A stretch of 64,000 nt of DNA. Source: Eledone cirrhosa (Eukaryota). The position numbers were made by a program, and so were the translations under genes. The notes beneath the pieces are model-generated. The model saw only the letters and a list, made by a program, of their open reading frames with translations, was not told where the DNA came from and made no database searches. Shown here piece after piece: positions 26,601-40,560 of this stretch (positions are counted from its first letter, which is position 1; each line of letters begins with the position of its first letter). The DNA lies in contig OZ024748.1 in NCBI GenBank assembly GCA_964016885.1, positions 36,828,001 to 36,892,000 of the forward strand, read 5' to 3'.

Positions 26601-29190
26601 CAGGAGTAAAACACGTACTCTGGGAAACGAGGGAGCCAAAGCTGTTAGCTGGGCCCGAGTGACAGAGGCGAAAAGTGGCAACAAGTCCACGATTCGGTCT
26701 TTGAAGGACCAAGACGGACGCGTGATACTTGAACCGGAGCAGATGTGTGCGGCCTTTCAGCGGCACTTTGCGCAAATATTCGTGCAGGGTGGCGCGCCGG
26801 GAGCGGATATGGATTTCGGTCCATACATCGACGGCCTGCCGCGACTCTCGGACGGGGAGGGCGAAGTTCTGAGAAAGGCCGATTTCGGCCGCTGACGCAA
26901 ATCGCCAGGTCTCGACGGTCTACCCTACGAATTTTACGTAGCAATGCCGGACGTGTTCTCCGGTCTCCTCGAAGCGGTGTACTGCAACTGGCAGCAGAAC
27001 GGGAGAATTCCAAGTTCTGTGACCAAGGACATAGTCACGCTGGTCAGGAAGGACGAGAACAACGACATTAATAACTTCAGGCCCATAACTCTGCTAAACA
27101 AAGAGTTAGCAAAGAGGCTGGTGCTTGTCGTCGAAAACCTGGTGGGAGAAGCGCAGACATGCGCAATCCCGACCAGGTCCATACACGACAACCTCCACCT
27201 CATGCGATACATCGTAGAAAGGGTAGAGTGTGAACCCGGCTTCGGTGGGGCACTGATAAATTTGGATCAATCTAAGGCATTCGATGGGGTCGACCATCGT
27301 TACCTGGATGCGGTGCTCGAGGCGGCAGGCTTCGGACTCGTGTTCAGGGGCTGGATTGCTGCCATGCACACTAGCAGCAACATCTACTCAGGGGTCAAGG
27401 TGAATGGCTACCTCTCGGAGCCGTTCCAAATCACGAGATCCATCCGACAGGGATGCCCTCTCTCCTCCCTTCTGTACGTACTGACTCTCGAGCCACTACT
27501 GCGGAAGTTGAAGCTACTGCAGGCATCCCGTTGGAACTGGGACTGCGAAAAGCGGCGTCGGCCTACGCCGACGACGTGACAGTAATGGTGTCGAGCACCT
27601 CGCAAATCGGGGAGATCGGCACTTTACTGAAGGAATGCGAAAAGTTCACAGGAGCGAAGCTGAACCGGGACAAGTCCGTCGATTTGCAACTCGGATCGTG
27701 GAGAGGCAAACCGATGCCTTCCGATGACGTCGTCGGACGCTGGACGGGAGGACCGCCGGTGAAGCTGCACGGGTCTGGTTCGGACCGGACCTCCAGGTGG
27801 AGAAAAACTGGAACGAGGTGACAGCCAAGGTGTTTGCGCTCACCCAGAAGTGGGCTGAGTAAAAACTATCCTTGAAAGGTCGAGCGGAGGTGGCGAAGAC
27901 TTTTATAGCGTCCTTCATCTACTACCGCTTGACCGTCGTGCCTTGTCCAAGTAAAACGCTCATCAAAATGGAGCGCGCGCTCTTCTAATTCCTTTGGAAG
28001 AGGTGGGCTCCTTTGGTGAGAAGATCCATCTGCTGTCAACACCTTTCAAACGGAGGGCTGGAGATGCCGTGGCTGACGATGCGCAAACACGCACTCAGGC
28101 TGCGGCACCACCACGTATTCCTCACCGAACAACCGGTGTGAGCCCCGTTCGTGAGCCGATCCTTCTCGCGACTCGTCTCGCTGACCGAGCTGCAGTGCTG
28201 GGTCAAACATAGACCGAGGAAAATGGGCGACTGGCACATTGAATGTGCTCAGGCGCTCACAGTCTTCTGGCAAACAGACCCGGCGATCAGTGGAGACTCC
28301 ACCTCGTCATTCTATAGAGGGTTAGTCCGCAGCAAGTGCGACGACACTCTCGGAGAAACTCTAGGCGTAGAAGAAGACGAACTGGCCAGTCTGTTCAGTA
28401 GGACCTTCCGCCCAGGACCGATGGACAACTTCCAAAAGTCCCTGGCCTGGCAGTGCTACCGAGGAGCTCTACCCGTTCAAAACAAGCTCTACAGACACGG
28501 GCGCCCGGGCAGGGATTCCTCGACAAAAATCTGTCCGAGATGCGTGCGGGACGAAGAAACCGTTGCGGGCGTTACCGACCTGTGGAGCTACGTAGAACGA
28601 CTACTGTCGCGGGTGGGACAAATCCGGTTGACCACCGAGTCCATTATTGCGATCAAACCGCCACCTTCCTTCAAAAACGAAGGAGAAGCGGTTTTCCTCT
28701 GTGTACTGGCTATGGTGAAAGAGGCTGTATGGTGGACGAGACTGAAAGGGCTAAGGTCAGACACCTTTCTCTCCGGCGAACAACAGTTTCGCTTCTTCAA
28801 ATATCATTTTAGAAGAAGAATCAGAGTGGAGAGAGAGGTGCTGCACCCCAGCAAATTTTACGAAAGGTGGGTGAATGTGGCAAGGATAGTCCGAGTGGTT
28901 GGGCCTTCTCTCTATATCAACCTGTAGGTTGAGGAAGAAGAGGAAGAGAGGAGAGGAGTGCTCGCTCTTCGTGTTCCTGGAGATGAGGGTTGTACATTTT
29001 TTTCGGGGTGTGTGCAACTCATTTGTAACGCCCCCCCCCCTATTGGGGATTTCGTTTGTTTTATTCATAATTTTTGTTATACATTTTTACACGCCTTGTA
29101 TGTAAACTCCCCAATTGTATTTGTCCCCATCCTTTCTGCCCTTGTGGCAAATAAAGAAACATATCTATCTATCCATCTATCTATCTTTAT
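23656..29190 (+). mobile_element. Tx1 LINE, chimeric ORF1 plus decayed ORF2 (25582-28927), in (TATC)n
   Basis: CYHCLSSGHLRAVC knuckle; APE and RT motifs; (CTAT)n upstream, AATAAAGAAAC(ATCT)n downstream. Confidence 0.93.
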
Positions 29191-29204
29191 ATCTATCTCT
29201 CTTT

Positions 29205-32200
29205 CTGTCTGACGTGTGGAACATCGCCGGTAAGCTTTTTTGTTAATTTCTATGCAAAAAACCGAACTAATTGTTTGAAAAAACATAACACTTTGTAGAT
29301 TAACCCCCAAGCTGAATTGTCAGCTGGGTGGTAATCCCATTTTTCGCCCCTGTAGGGCCGAACATTTTATTTTAAAAATTTGTTTTAAGATATCAGATTT
29401 TACAAACTAAATAACTTGAGCAACACAAGAACGCTGGAGAACGTTAATAGAGAAAAGAGAGAGAAAGAGGCAGATATTAACGTTATATCTGCTTCTGCTA
29501 CTATGGACGTCGCCATAGATACAAGTGTCCACAAAGAGAAAAATATATTAACACTTGAAAATTTTAAAATTTCTACCCTCGAAGCGGAGAAAAATAACAA
29601 TAACACACAGGAAAACACAGGAATTAAACCCATTAACATACATACACATGAAAAAGACATCAACAACTCTACAGATACATATACACATAATGTTTCACCT
29701 CGACAAGGAACTGAGATTTCCAACAACGATAACAACAACATCAACAGCAACACCACACAAAAAAAGAAAATGTCTTTCGCTGAAACTGAACAAAAAACAA
29801 GATTTTATAAATCTTGATATCTCCAACGCAAGAAATATGCTCCAGCAAGGGAGAAAATGTGTAACTTTCGAAGAAAGAGGTGGGTTTAGAATTAACTCAC
29901 CCCTTGAAATAAAGGAAGACACAATCCGCAGATCAGTCACTTTTAGGACTCTGTCAAATTCCACAAGAAAGCCGACATTTGTTAACCAAGCAGATATAGA
30001 AGATACTTTCAAGGAAATTCTAGCAAATGTCGATTTTCTCCAGCGAGGAAAACAGTACGGAAGTGTTTCCGTACTGTTTAAAAGCGAGGCACTCGCCCCC
30101 CAAAACTCCAATCACCAACACCAACACACAACCACAGACACAAACAACAACACAAACAACACCATAGTCAAACTTACCCCTATCAGCAAAACCAGCACCA
30201 ACACCACCCCAAACACAAGCACCCACCATAAAAAGAAAACTCCCGGACAAACAACAAACTAAAACAACACAACAAAAACACAAACAACAATACGCATACA
30301 TCAACACAAACAACAAGAGTTTCATGGAGGTCATCTCCCAAAACCCCAAGATGGAGACGGAGGGCAAAACTTGCATCAAGGCAGAATCGTCTCCACACCT
30401 TAAACTTATAAGGGTTTCTATGGAAACCTATAATGACCTAAAAAATAAATTTTCACAGGACGTGGGCAACCCCTGCCACAAACCCATCAACTGCGTCCTG
30501 TTAAAATGTTTCCACACCCCACCCGACACCCCATCCAGCACCCAAATGCAGATTGAACAACCCGATCTCCAGGAAACGAAAAGGTAAATGCACCTTTCGT
30601 CCTGGAATGGTATCCTAGATGCACGATGGGACTATGTGGGAGCATGTCTCAGTAGAGCGGGGTGCAACAGCCTCAAAACTTTAATCGGCCAATTCCAACT
30701 GGCCGATAGGTATCGACTGGATTTCCCGACTGCACCACAGTGGACGTGGGTAAACCGCAGTGGGACATCTAGATCGTATTTAGATAGGTTCTTCATTAGA
30801 GAAAGGGACAAGGAGATGTTAAGCTGTCCACGAATGCACATGGTTGTCTATTCAGATCACAAGTTAGTCGTCTGCTTAGTCAACCGTGATAGAATACATA
30901 GACAGGGTCCCGGATACTGGAAGCTGAATGTGTCGTTGCCGGCACGTAAAGCTTACAGTGAACGGATAACTAGACTAGTCAAGCAACAGTTAACAGGAGC
31001 CATCGTCAACAATAGATGGTGGTACTCTCTCAAGAAAGCAATTAGAATAGAATCGATAGGGTTTAGCAGAGAGTTAGCCTTAGAGAAAAACAGAATAGAA
31101 AGAGAACTAGTAGCCAAGGTAGAGGAGGCACTTAGAAGTGGCAACGAGGCTCGAGTGTTAGCGTCGAGAACGGCACTGGACAAGTTCTTCGATGCGAAAC
31201 ACGAAGGCTGCGTGGTCAGAAGCAAAACACGTGCTCTAGGAAAGCTGTCAGCTGGGCCCGAGTGGCGGAGGCAAAAAGTGGCAACAAGTCCACGATTCGG
31301 TCTTTGAAAGACCAAAACGGACGCGTGCTACTTGACCCCAAGCAAATGTGCGCGGCCTTTCAGCGGCACTTTGCGCGACTGTTTGAGCAGAACGACGGTG
31401 AACCGAACGGGGCAATGGACTTTAGTTCATACCTCGACGGCCTGCCGCGTCTCTCGATCACGGACACTGAGATACGGGACACTCTGGGCCGCTGCGGGAA
31501 ACGCAAGTCACCCGGTCTAGATGGTCTGCCCTACGAATTTTACATAGGCATGCCGGACTTGTTCTCTGGCGTCCTCTAAGCCGTCTACTGCAATTGGCAG
31601 CAGAACGGGAGAATTCCCAGTTCTGCAGGCAAGGGAGTAGTAACACTGATCAGGAAAGACGAGAATAAAGGGGACGAAATTAACAACTTCAGGCCCATAA
31701 CTCTGCTCAACACAGAGTTAAAGATTTTGGCCAAGGTGCTAGCGACGAGGTTGGCGCTTGTCGTCGAGAACCTGGTAGGGAAAGCGCAAACGTGTGCAAT
31801 CCCGACCAGGTCCATACACGACAACCTCCACCTCATGCGATACATCATAGAGAGGGTGGGTAGTAAACCCGGCTTCGGTGGGGCTCTGATCAATTTGGAT
31901 CAGTCTAAGGTATTCCATAGAGTCGACCATCGATACTTGGAAGTGGTTCTCAAGGCGGCCGGTTTCGGTCCCGTGTTCAGAAGATGGATCGAGGCGATGC
32001 ACACCAGCATCTGCTCGAGGGTCAAGGTGAACGGCTACCTATCGGAGCAGTTCGCAATCACGCGTTCCATTCGACAGGGGTGCCCTCTCTCCTCCATTCT
32101 GTATGTATTGACTCTAGAGCCACTACTGCGGAAATTGGAGCCGTTGCAGGGCATCTCTCTAGAACCGGGACTGCGCAAAACGGCGTCGGCTTATGCCGAC

Positions 32201-33734
32201 GATGTGACGGTAATGGTGTTAAGCACCTCGGAAATCGGGGTGATCGGCAACTTACTGAAAGAATACGAAACGTTGACGAGAGCAAAACTAAACCCGGACA
32301 AGTCTGTCAGTTTGCAACTCGGTACGTGGAGAGACAAACCGATGACGTCCGACAGCGTCGTTGGACGCTGGACGGACGGACCGGTGAAATTGTTCGGGGT
32401 CTGGTTCGGTCACGGCCAAGGTATTTGCACTCACCCAGAAGTGGGCAGAGTGCAAACTGTCCTTGAAAGGTCGAGCGGAGGTGGCGAACACTTTCATAGC
32501 GTCCGTCACCTACTACCGCTTGACTGTCGTGCCTTGTCCCCGTGAACACCTCGCCAAGATGGAACGCATGCTCTTCCAGTTTCTGTGGAAGAAGCAGGCT
32601 CCGCTGGTGAGGAGATCCGTCTGCTGTCAGCACCCTTCCAACGGAGGGATGGGAATGCCGTGGCTGATGATGCGCAAACATGCGCTGAGGCTGCGGCATC
32701 TCCAGGTATTCCTCACTGACCCCCAACCGGTGTGGGCACCGTTTGTGAGACAGGCTTTCCCACAACTAGTCTCGCTGACGGAGCTGCAGTCCTGGGTGAA
32801 GAAAAGACCGAAAACGATGGGCGCCTGGCACATTGAATGCGCTCAGGCGCTCACAGTCCTCTGGCAAGCGGGCGCAGCAATCAGTGGAGACTCCACTTCG
32901 ACATTCTATAGAGGGATTGTACGTTACAAGGGCGACGACGTGCTCGGAGAGACTCTGGGCGTCGAAGACGATGAGCTCACCAGTCTATTTGGTAGGACTT
33001 TCCGCCCGGGACCTATGGACAACTTCCAGAGGTCCCTGGCCTGGCAGTGCTACTGAGGAGCTCTATCGGTTCGTGACAAGATCGACAGGCACGGACGCCC
33101 CGGCAGGGATCCTTCCAAGAGGACGTGTCCAAGATGCGCGCAGGACATTGAAACAGTCCTGCACGCAATTGTACACTGCCCGGGCGTAACCGACCTGTGG
33201 AACTATGCAGAACAACTGCTGTCGCGTATGGGACAAATCCAGTTGACCGCCGAGTCCATAGTAAGGATCAAACCGCCAGCCTCTTTCAAAAACGAAAGAG
33301 AGGCGGTTTTCCTCTGTACGGTGGCTATTGTGAAAGAAGTTATATGGTGGACGAGGTTGAGAGGACTGAAGACAGATACCTTTCTCTCCGGACAACAATT
33401 GATTCCCTTCTTTAAGTATCACTTTAGAAGGAGAATCAGGGTGGAGAGAGAGGCACTGCACCCCAATAAATTTACTGAATGGTGGGTGTTTATAAGCCTG
33501 TAGGTTGAGGAAGAGAGCAAAAGGAAGAAAGGAGCAGTTGCACAACACGCTCCTGGAGTTGAGGGTTGTTCTATCGACGGGGTATTAAACAACCCATTTG
33601 TGGCGCCTCCCCCCTATTGGGGATTTCGATTGTTGTAATTGTTTGTTTTTATATTTTTTACACGACTGTATGTAAAATCCCCGGCATGTCTTTGTATTGT
33701 CCCCTTTTCTTGTGCGCCCTTGTGGCTAATAAAG

Positions 33735-33810
<76 letters not shown>

Positions 33811-33812
33811 AT
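29205..33812 (+). mobile_element. Tx1 LINE with internal deletions, head-to-tail with the previous copy; (TC)n/(TATC)n tail
   Basis: ORF1 RGKQYGSVSVLFKS and C-terminal domain; ORF2 pieces 30600-33503; AATAAAGAAA(TC)n. Confidence 0.93.
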
Positions 33813-33889
33813 TTTACTGGTACTTTATTTGATCGTCAAACTGAAATAAAAATAACAATAAAGAGCCTACAGCATTGGCTAGAGTAGGA

Positions 33890-34012
33890 TTGTGTTCAAT
33901 ATATGTTTAATATGTGTTCAATATGTGTTTAATATGTGTTCAATATTTGTTCAATATGTGTTCAATATGTGTTTAATATGTGTTCAATATTTGTTCAATA
34001 TGTGTTTAATAT
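33890..34012 (+). repeat. 11-bp minisatellite (AATATGTGTTC)n
   Basis: direct tandem repeat. Confidence 0.9.
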
Positions 34013-34021
34013 AAAGATTAT

Positions 34022-34127
34022 ATGGTTGGGTTAGTAGAATCGGTAGAGCGCCCGTCGGATGAAATACCTTTGTCTTGTGTATACTGGTTCTTTACATTCG
34101 GAGTTCAAATCCCACCAAGGTCAACTC
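34022..34127 (+). mobile_element. tRNA-SINE 5' part
   Basis: TAGTAGAATCGGTAG A-box-like, GGAGTTCAAATCCC B-box. Confidence 0.7.
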
Positions 34128-34290
34128 TTGAAAGAATTTATGAAAGAAATTCTCTAAATTAGAAAATAAAAGTTTAGTTTGTAAATGATATGTTTAGATG
34201 AAGTTTATCTTGAAATATTTTAGCAATACATAAAATATTTTTATTTCAAATATAGTTTAATATATTTTATTTCAAATATAGTTTAATATA

Positions 34291-34376
34291 TTGGCAGTAT
34301 CGGTAGAAGGTCGGACGCCTTGCTTTGCAGCATAGAGTTACGCCCCTTTATAATCTGAGTTCAAATCCCGCCGAGA
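34291..34376 (+). mobile_element. tRNA-SINE 5' part
   Basis: close match to 3708-3790. Confidence 0.8.
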
Positions 34377-35536
34377 TTCAACAAGGCTAAACAAACAACT
34401 GTTGGTTGCTATCATAAACAGATAACTGTGGGATCAATAATAATATACTATATTAATAAATAAACAAGTTACGAAAGAACTGGAATTAGAACAGGTAAGG
34501 TTTAAACTGATTAACGATTGCAGTCATTAGTTGTATATTGGCCTCGGTGTAACACCCACGTACACCACACGTTCATGCAAGTTGTTAAAATTGATGACGA
34601 CACCGTCTGACGACATTTTGCCGTCCTCAACAATTTGCAACTTGAACCTGCCATGGTGTCTTTACAAAATTTAGGCGCAATTTTACTACTAATAGGGACG
34701 TGATTTAGAGTTCACATTTTTGACTAATCAAATTAGTTTTCACTAAACTGTACTAAACATTTCATTAAACATTTACTCCAGAAATTGAAGAATGTTTTTA
34801 GTTTAAAGTCTCATGCTTTGCTTTTGGCCACTAGACACTTTGTTTCTCGACCTGTGGTGGAATAGGAGGGGCTTGGCTGGACCCCAACGATAGCCTGCAA
34901 ATCAAGGTTTCCCTGGGCTCGGCCTCCGGATCTACGAGCCACACAAATATCGCTACACACCCACCGTTCACTCTTTCGGCCTCCACCCGCTGACCTGTCA
35001 CTACAGTGCCGGCTTCCTTCCACGCCATACTGCTCTCAACGATATCATAACGCATGGCTTGGATGCTACAGCTTCTCCTCCCAGTTCGAACCGGCGGAGC
35101 TGGACCGAAGGGACGGCAAAAGGTCAAACGGCATTCTGACCTAATCTATTTAGTGACTAAGAAATAACAACAAAAGCTTTCATTTCTAAACGCTAAAATG
35201 ACGAACAACAGCAAATTATATCTGTATTAAACTAGTGTAACTTTTGTATTTACCTGGAAGTTTTATTAAAAGAAAATAGAGAGAATTTAGATTTTAATAA
35301 AATAATTGTCAGTTTAAAGTTGTACAGACAATATTAGAAAATAGAGAGGCTTGTTTTATCATTATTATTTTTATTTTTATTTTTTCTTTGTTGAGAATAA
35401 TTGAAGTAAATTTAATTGCGATCAAGAGCAGGCAAGCAGGCAACATATTTTGAAAATCTAGCAAAAAGCCTGTAAAGAAAAACAGGCTTATTAATCAGCA
35501 GCAGTCGACAGCTCCAATGTTATGTCACCGAAACTT

Positions 35537-35644
35537 AATTGTTTCTACATTTGGCACAAGGCCAGCAATTATCCCAGTGTATTACCGGTACTTTATTTTA
35601 TCGACCCCGTAAGGATGAAAGGCAAAGTTAACCATGGCGGGATC
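35537..35644 (-). mobile_element. tRNA-SINE 3' part
   Basis: reverse complement of 3780-3890. Confidence 0.8.
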
Positions 35645-36416
35645 TTAATACGACTTCTAAAACACCGTGAAAACCATACCTATATTTTACGGACAATATT
35701 CCCGCAAAAGAATTGTAACAAGTTGGTTTAGACAGAATATATTCATATAAAAAAACATAATACAATTTTATCGGCGTATACACAGGAGGAAGATTTCCCG
35801 AGAAGCATCAGTGGTTCTCGTTACGTCTTCTAAACAAGCGTTTGAACTCAGAAGGTGACTGTGACGCCATTGTAAGAAAACAAAACCTGCTTCAGATTGA
35901 AGTTAAATATTTTCTGTGTTCAACTCGATACATCGAAGTTCAATCATATTTTGTAAGGCATAGAGGGAAGGAAGTGATTACAATTGTTTTTTAAACTTAT
36001 TTCACTCCATAAGTTGAAAAATAATAACAAACAAGATGAATATATTTTATAAGTATTTAATGATATTAATAATAAATTCGGAGACAGTCGTTTCGGCTAT
36101 TCATGCTATCTCAGTGAAGTTTATGTTGGTCGTACATTGAAAGAAAAATTATATTTATAGCAATATGAACTCTGCTAATGAGTTTTAAAAAGGTCGAAAA
36201 AAATTCGTAAATGTTATTCCGTTTTAAAAAGGTCAGTTAAACTTTATGCAGCAAGGAAAGAACTATAATAGTTAATAGATATTGGTTTCTAGGCTAACAA
36301 TTTTTTGGGGAAGGGAAAGTCGATTAAATCGACCCCAGTACATTACTGATATTTGAACATACATAAAATAATAGAATACAATTATATATTTACACAGGTT
36401 TCTGATTTATATATAA

Positions 36417-37931
36417 CTAGCAGTAAAGCCCGGCGTTGCTCGGGGTCGCTCAGTAGCTGTGTTAAAGTTACAATGTTAAGTTTCTTTTTTGGCTTAAAAA
36501 CTGTGCAGACTTGCATGTGGTGTTTTTGATTAATATTCCCTCAACCAACAATATGCCTTATGAAGTTAAGAAAACATAACGATAACCCGAATGTTATAAC
36601 AAAAGAGGATGCTGGGGATAGAAACTGCACTGGTTATTTATTAACAAAGATCGAAAATGTAAACACTGCAACGCAGAGAAAAACATTAGCGTAACCAAAT
36701 TATCAGTTATGTCTGTCTGCACGCCTATATCACCTCTCTGCACGACTGTCTGTCTGCACGCCTATATCACCTCTCTGCACGACTGTCTGTCTGCATGCCT
36801 AACGAAATTTACAGATACATATATTTTAAATAAACTTATATAATTTTTGCTTTTTTTTTACGAAATATTTGCTTGTTTTACGTAGTCTTTAAATAGACTT
36901 GTTTTCAAGTAAACATATTGTTTTAAAAGGCTTTTAAATGGAAATGAAGCAAAACGGAAGCTTAGTGTTCGAACTGATGAAGCTGTGTTAAAGTTACAAT
37001 GTTAAGTTTCTTTCTTGGCTTAAAAACTGTAGTGTCTACTGTGCAGACTTGCATGTGGTGTTTTTGATTAATATTCCCTCAACCAACAATATGCCTTATG
37101 AAGTTAAGAAAACATAACGATAACCCGAATGTTATAACAAAAGAGGATGCTGGGGTTAGAAACTGCACTGGTTATTTATTAACAAAGATCGAAAATGTAA
37201 ACACTGCAACGCAGAGAAAAACATTAGCGTAACCAAATTATCAGTTATGTCTGTCTGCACGCCTATATCACCTCTCTGCACGACTGTCTGTCTGCACGCC
37301 TATATCACCTCTCTGCACGACTGTCTGTCTGCACGCCTATATCACCTCTCTGCACGACTATCTGTCTGCACGCGTATATCACCTCTCTGCACGACTGTCT
37401 GTCTGCACGACTATATCACCTCTCTGCACGACTGTCTGTCTGCACGCCTATATCACCTCTCTGTACGACTGTCTGTCTGCACGACTGTCTGTCTGCACGC
37501 CTAACGACGAAATATTTGCTTGTTTTACGTAGTCTTTAAATAGACTTGTTTTCAAGTAAAAATATTGTTTTAAAATGCTTTTAAATGGAAATGAAGCAAA
37601 ACGGAAGCTTAGTGTTCGAACTGATGAATTTTGCAGGTCAATATTTTGCTGGCTCGACAACTGTTAAAGCCAGCGTAATTTTTTACGTAAGACGCTCAAT
37701 GTAAACAGAACAAAGGGAAATAACTGATAACTTACGCTCAAAAATCGATACATTATATTCGATTTCGTCACATAGGGTGGGTCAATTTGAAATATTTTTT
37801 TTTCCGATGTCTTCGCTAGGGCTCAATGTACAAGTATAGCAATTTCGGTGCAATTCCGTGAGAGATTCTAAGAGGAGATGTGTGCCAAAAATCGATAGAC
37901 AGACAGACAACCACAGTTTTATATATATAGA
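36417..37931 (-). mobile_element. non-autonomous Helitron with internal ~0.53-kb tandem duplication and 37-bp minisatellite
   Basis: 5' TCTATATATATAAAA; 3' CCCGAGCAACGCCGGG hairpin plus CTAG, as in the 17953 element; 36455-36980 repeated from 36981. Confidence 0.82.
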
Positions 37932-37989
37932 TTTCATAATCCCTTTACTGATGGAATCATAAATACAATATAGGAAAATACCACAAAGT

Positions 37990-39716
37990 ATCCGACGTTC
38001 TAACCACTCCGCCTTCTATTCTATCTGACGTTCTAACCACTCTACTTACGCCCCCCCCCCCTTCTATTCTATCTGACGTTCTAACCACCCTGCTTACGCC
38101 CCGCCTTCTATTCTATCTGACGTTCTAACCACCCTGCTTACGCCCCGCCTTCTATTCTATCTGACGTTCTAACATCTCTGCTTACGCCCCACCTTCTATT
38201 CTATCTGACGTTCTAACCACTCTGCTTACGCCCCACCCCGCCTTCTATTCTATCTGACGTTCTAACCACTCTGCTTACGCCCCGCCTTCTATTCTATCCG
38301 ACGTTCTAACCACTCTGTTTACGCCCCCCCCCCCTTCTATTCTATCTGACGTTCTAACCACTCTGCTTACGCCCCCCCCTTCTATTCTATCTGACGTTCT
38401 AACCACTCTGCTTACGCCCCGCCTTCTATTCTATCCGACGTTCTAACCACTCTGTTTACGCCCCCCCCTTCTATTCTATCTGACGTTCTAACCACTCTGC
38501 TTACGCCCACCCTCTATTCTATCTGACGTTCTAACCACTCTGCTTACGCCCCGCCCCGCCTTCTATTCTATCTGACGTTCTAACCACTCTGTTTACGCCC
38601 CCCCTTCTATTCTATCCGACGTTCTAACCACTCTGTTTACGCCCCCCCCCCCTTCTATTCTATCTGACGTTCTAACCACTCTGCTTACGCCCCCCCCTCT
38701 ATTCTATCCGACGTTCTAACCACTCTGTTTACGCCCCCCCCTTCTATTCTATCTGACGTTCTAACCACTCTGCTTACGCCCCGCCCCGCCTTCTATTCTA
38801 TCTGACGTTCTAACCACTCTGCTTACGCCCCGCCTTCTATTCTATCCGACGTTCTAACCACTCTGTTTACGCCCCCCCCCCTTCTATTCTATCTGACGTT
38901 CTAACCACTCTGCTTACGCCCCCCCCTTCTATTCTATCTGACGTTCTAACCACTCTGCTTACGCCCCGCCTTCTATTCTATCTGACGTTCTAACCACTCT
39001 GCTTACGCACCCCCCTCTATTCTATCTGACGTTCTAACCACTCTGCTTACGCCGCCCCCTCTTCTATTCTATCTGACGTTCTAACCACTCTGCTTACGCA
39101 ACCCCCTCTATTCTATCTGACGTTCTAACCACTCTGCTTACGCATCCCCCTCTATTCTATCCGACGTTCTAACCACTCTGCTTACGCACCCCCCTCTATT
39201 CTATCTGACGTTCTAACCACTCTGCTTACGCACCCCCCTCTATTCTATCTGACGTTCTAACCACTCTGCTTACGCACCCCCCTCTATTCTATCTGACGTT
39301 CTAACCACTCTGCTTACGCACTCCCTCTATTCTATCTGACGTTCTAACCACTCTGCTTACGCACCCCCCTCTATTCTATCTGACGTTCTAACCACTCTGC
39401 TTACGCACCCCCCCTCTATTCTATCTGACGTTCTAACCACTCTGCTTACGCACCCCCCTCTATTCTATCTGACGTTCTAACCACTCTGCTTACGCACCCC
39501 CTCTATTCTATCTGACGTTCTAACCACTCTGCTTACGCACCCCCCTCTATTCTATCTGACGTTCTAACATCTCTGCTTACGCCCCCCCCCCCTCTATTCT
39601 ATCTGACGTTCTAACCACTCTGCTTACGCACCCCTCTCTATTCTATCTGACGTTCTAACATCTCTGCTTACGCCCCCCCCCTCTATTCTATCTGACGTTC
39701 TAACCACTCTCCTTCT
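37990..39716 (-). repeat. ~44-bp minisatellite (~38 copies) derived from a SINE 5' head
   Basis: unit CTTCTATTCTATCTGACGTTCTAACCACTCTGCTTACGCCCCGC with a variable C-run. Confidence 0.95.
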
Positions 39717-40397
39717 AATACGTCTGATATACGTATAATGTGACCAACCTAGAATTTGTGACTTGGTTGTTATTTATCAGCTGGGGTTCGATATTTCTAA
39801 TTAGCAGAAGACTGTATCTGTTCTAAACTGGCCCCAAGGATTTAAAATGAAAACAATTTAATACGCTAAAGGATACAGCCATTATATATCATAGCCTAAA
39901 GTCTATCTCAAGCCCAGGAGTTCATCAGACATAGAGAGGGAGGGGTTTCGTCAGGTTTAAACATGCCCTAGAATCGCCTTCCCCCTCCCCACAAATTACT
40001 GACCTTATTAATATTAGTCAATTCTATTTCACAATCTACAATATGACATTGAATGATATTAACTCAGACATCATTTCTGTCGTTAAACACGAATCGTTAA
40101 TTTACAGCGCAGAGTAAATAGAAAACTAAAGAAATATATATGTCCCCCTAAAATGTATAAGAGAGTCTAGATTGGTAATCAATGAAAATCATGTGGAAAA
40201 CCGCCAAAAAATCATCCCAAATGTTTTTCACATCGGAATGGATTCCAATATCTTTAGTTTGTGCAGAAGAAAGAGAATGTTGCGATGTATAGGACTTTCC
40301 GAATAAGTTTAGTTACGTAAGAGCAGTGAAACAGTTACAAACTGGATATCAACTCTTGTGAAGTCCAGGAAGAACTGACCATATTTCATATCTACAA

Positions 40398-40560
40398 GGT
40401 GCGTGACTTGATGGTTAGGATGTTCGGCTTACGACCATAAGTTCATAAGTTCGATTCATGAACTGGGTCGCATATTGTGTCCTTGAGCAAGAAAGACACT
40501 TCATTTCACTTTGATTCAGTCCACTCATCTGGAAAAAGGGAGTTGAACCTATAATTGAAA
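40398..40560 (+). mobile_element. second tRNA-SINE family (Meta/V-like core)
   Basis: A-box-like TGACTTGATGGTTAG, B-box AGTTCGATTC, TGTGTCCTTGAGCAAG..GACACTT. Confidence 0.65.

Noticed and set aside
36078-36118. Active hammerhead on the minus strand (CTGAGA..GAAAC-gact-GTC)
   Set aside because: The core lacks a base and stem I does not pair; counted only as a decayed remnant
37990-39716. CRISPR-like look (constant repeat with variable short spacer)
   Set aside because: The spacers are only slipped C-runs, there are no cas genes and the context is eukaryotic
40150-40390. Possible extra minus-strand exon
   Set aside because: No clean splice sites or recognisable motif; stops in the candidate frames
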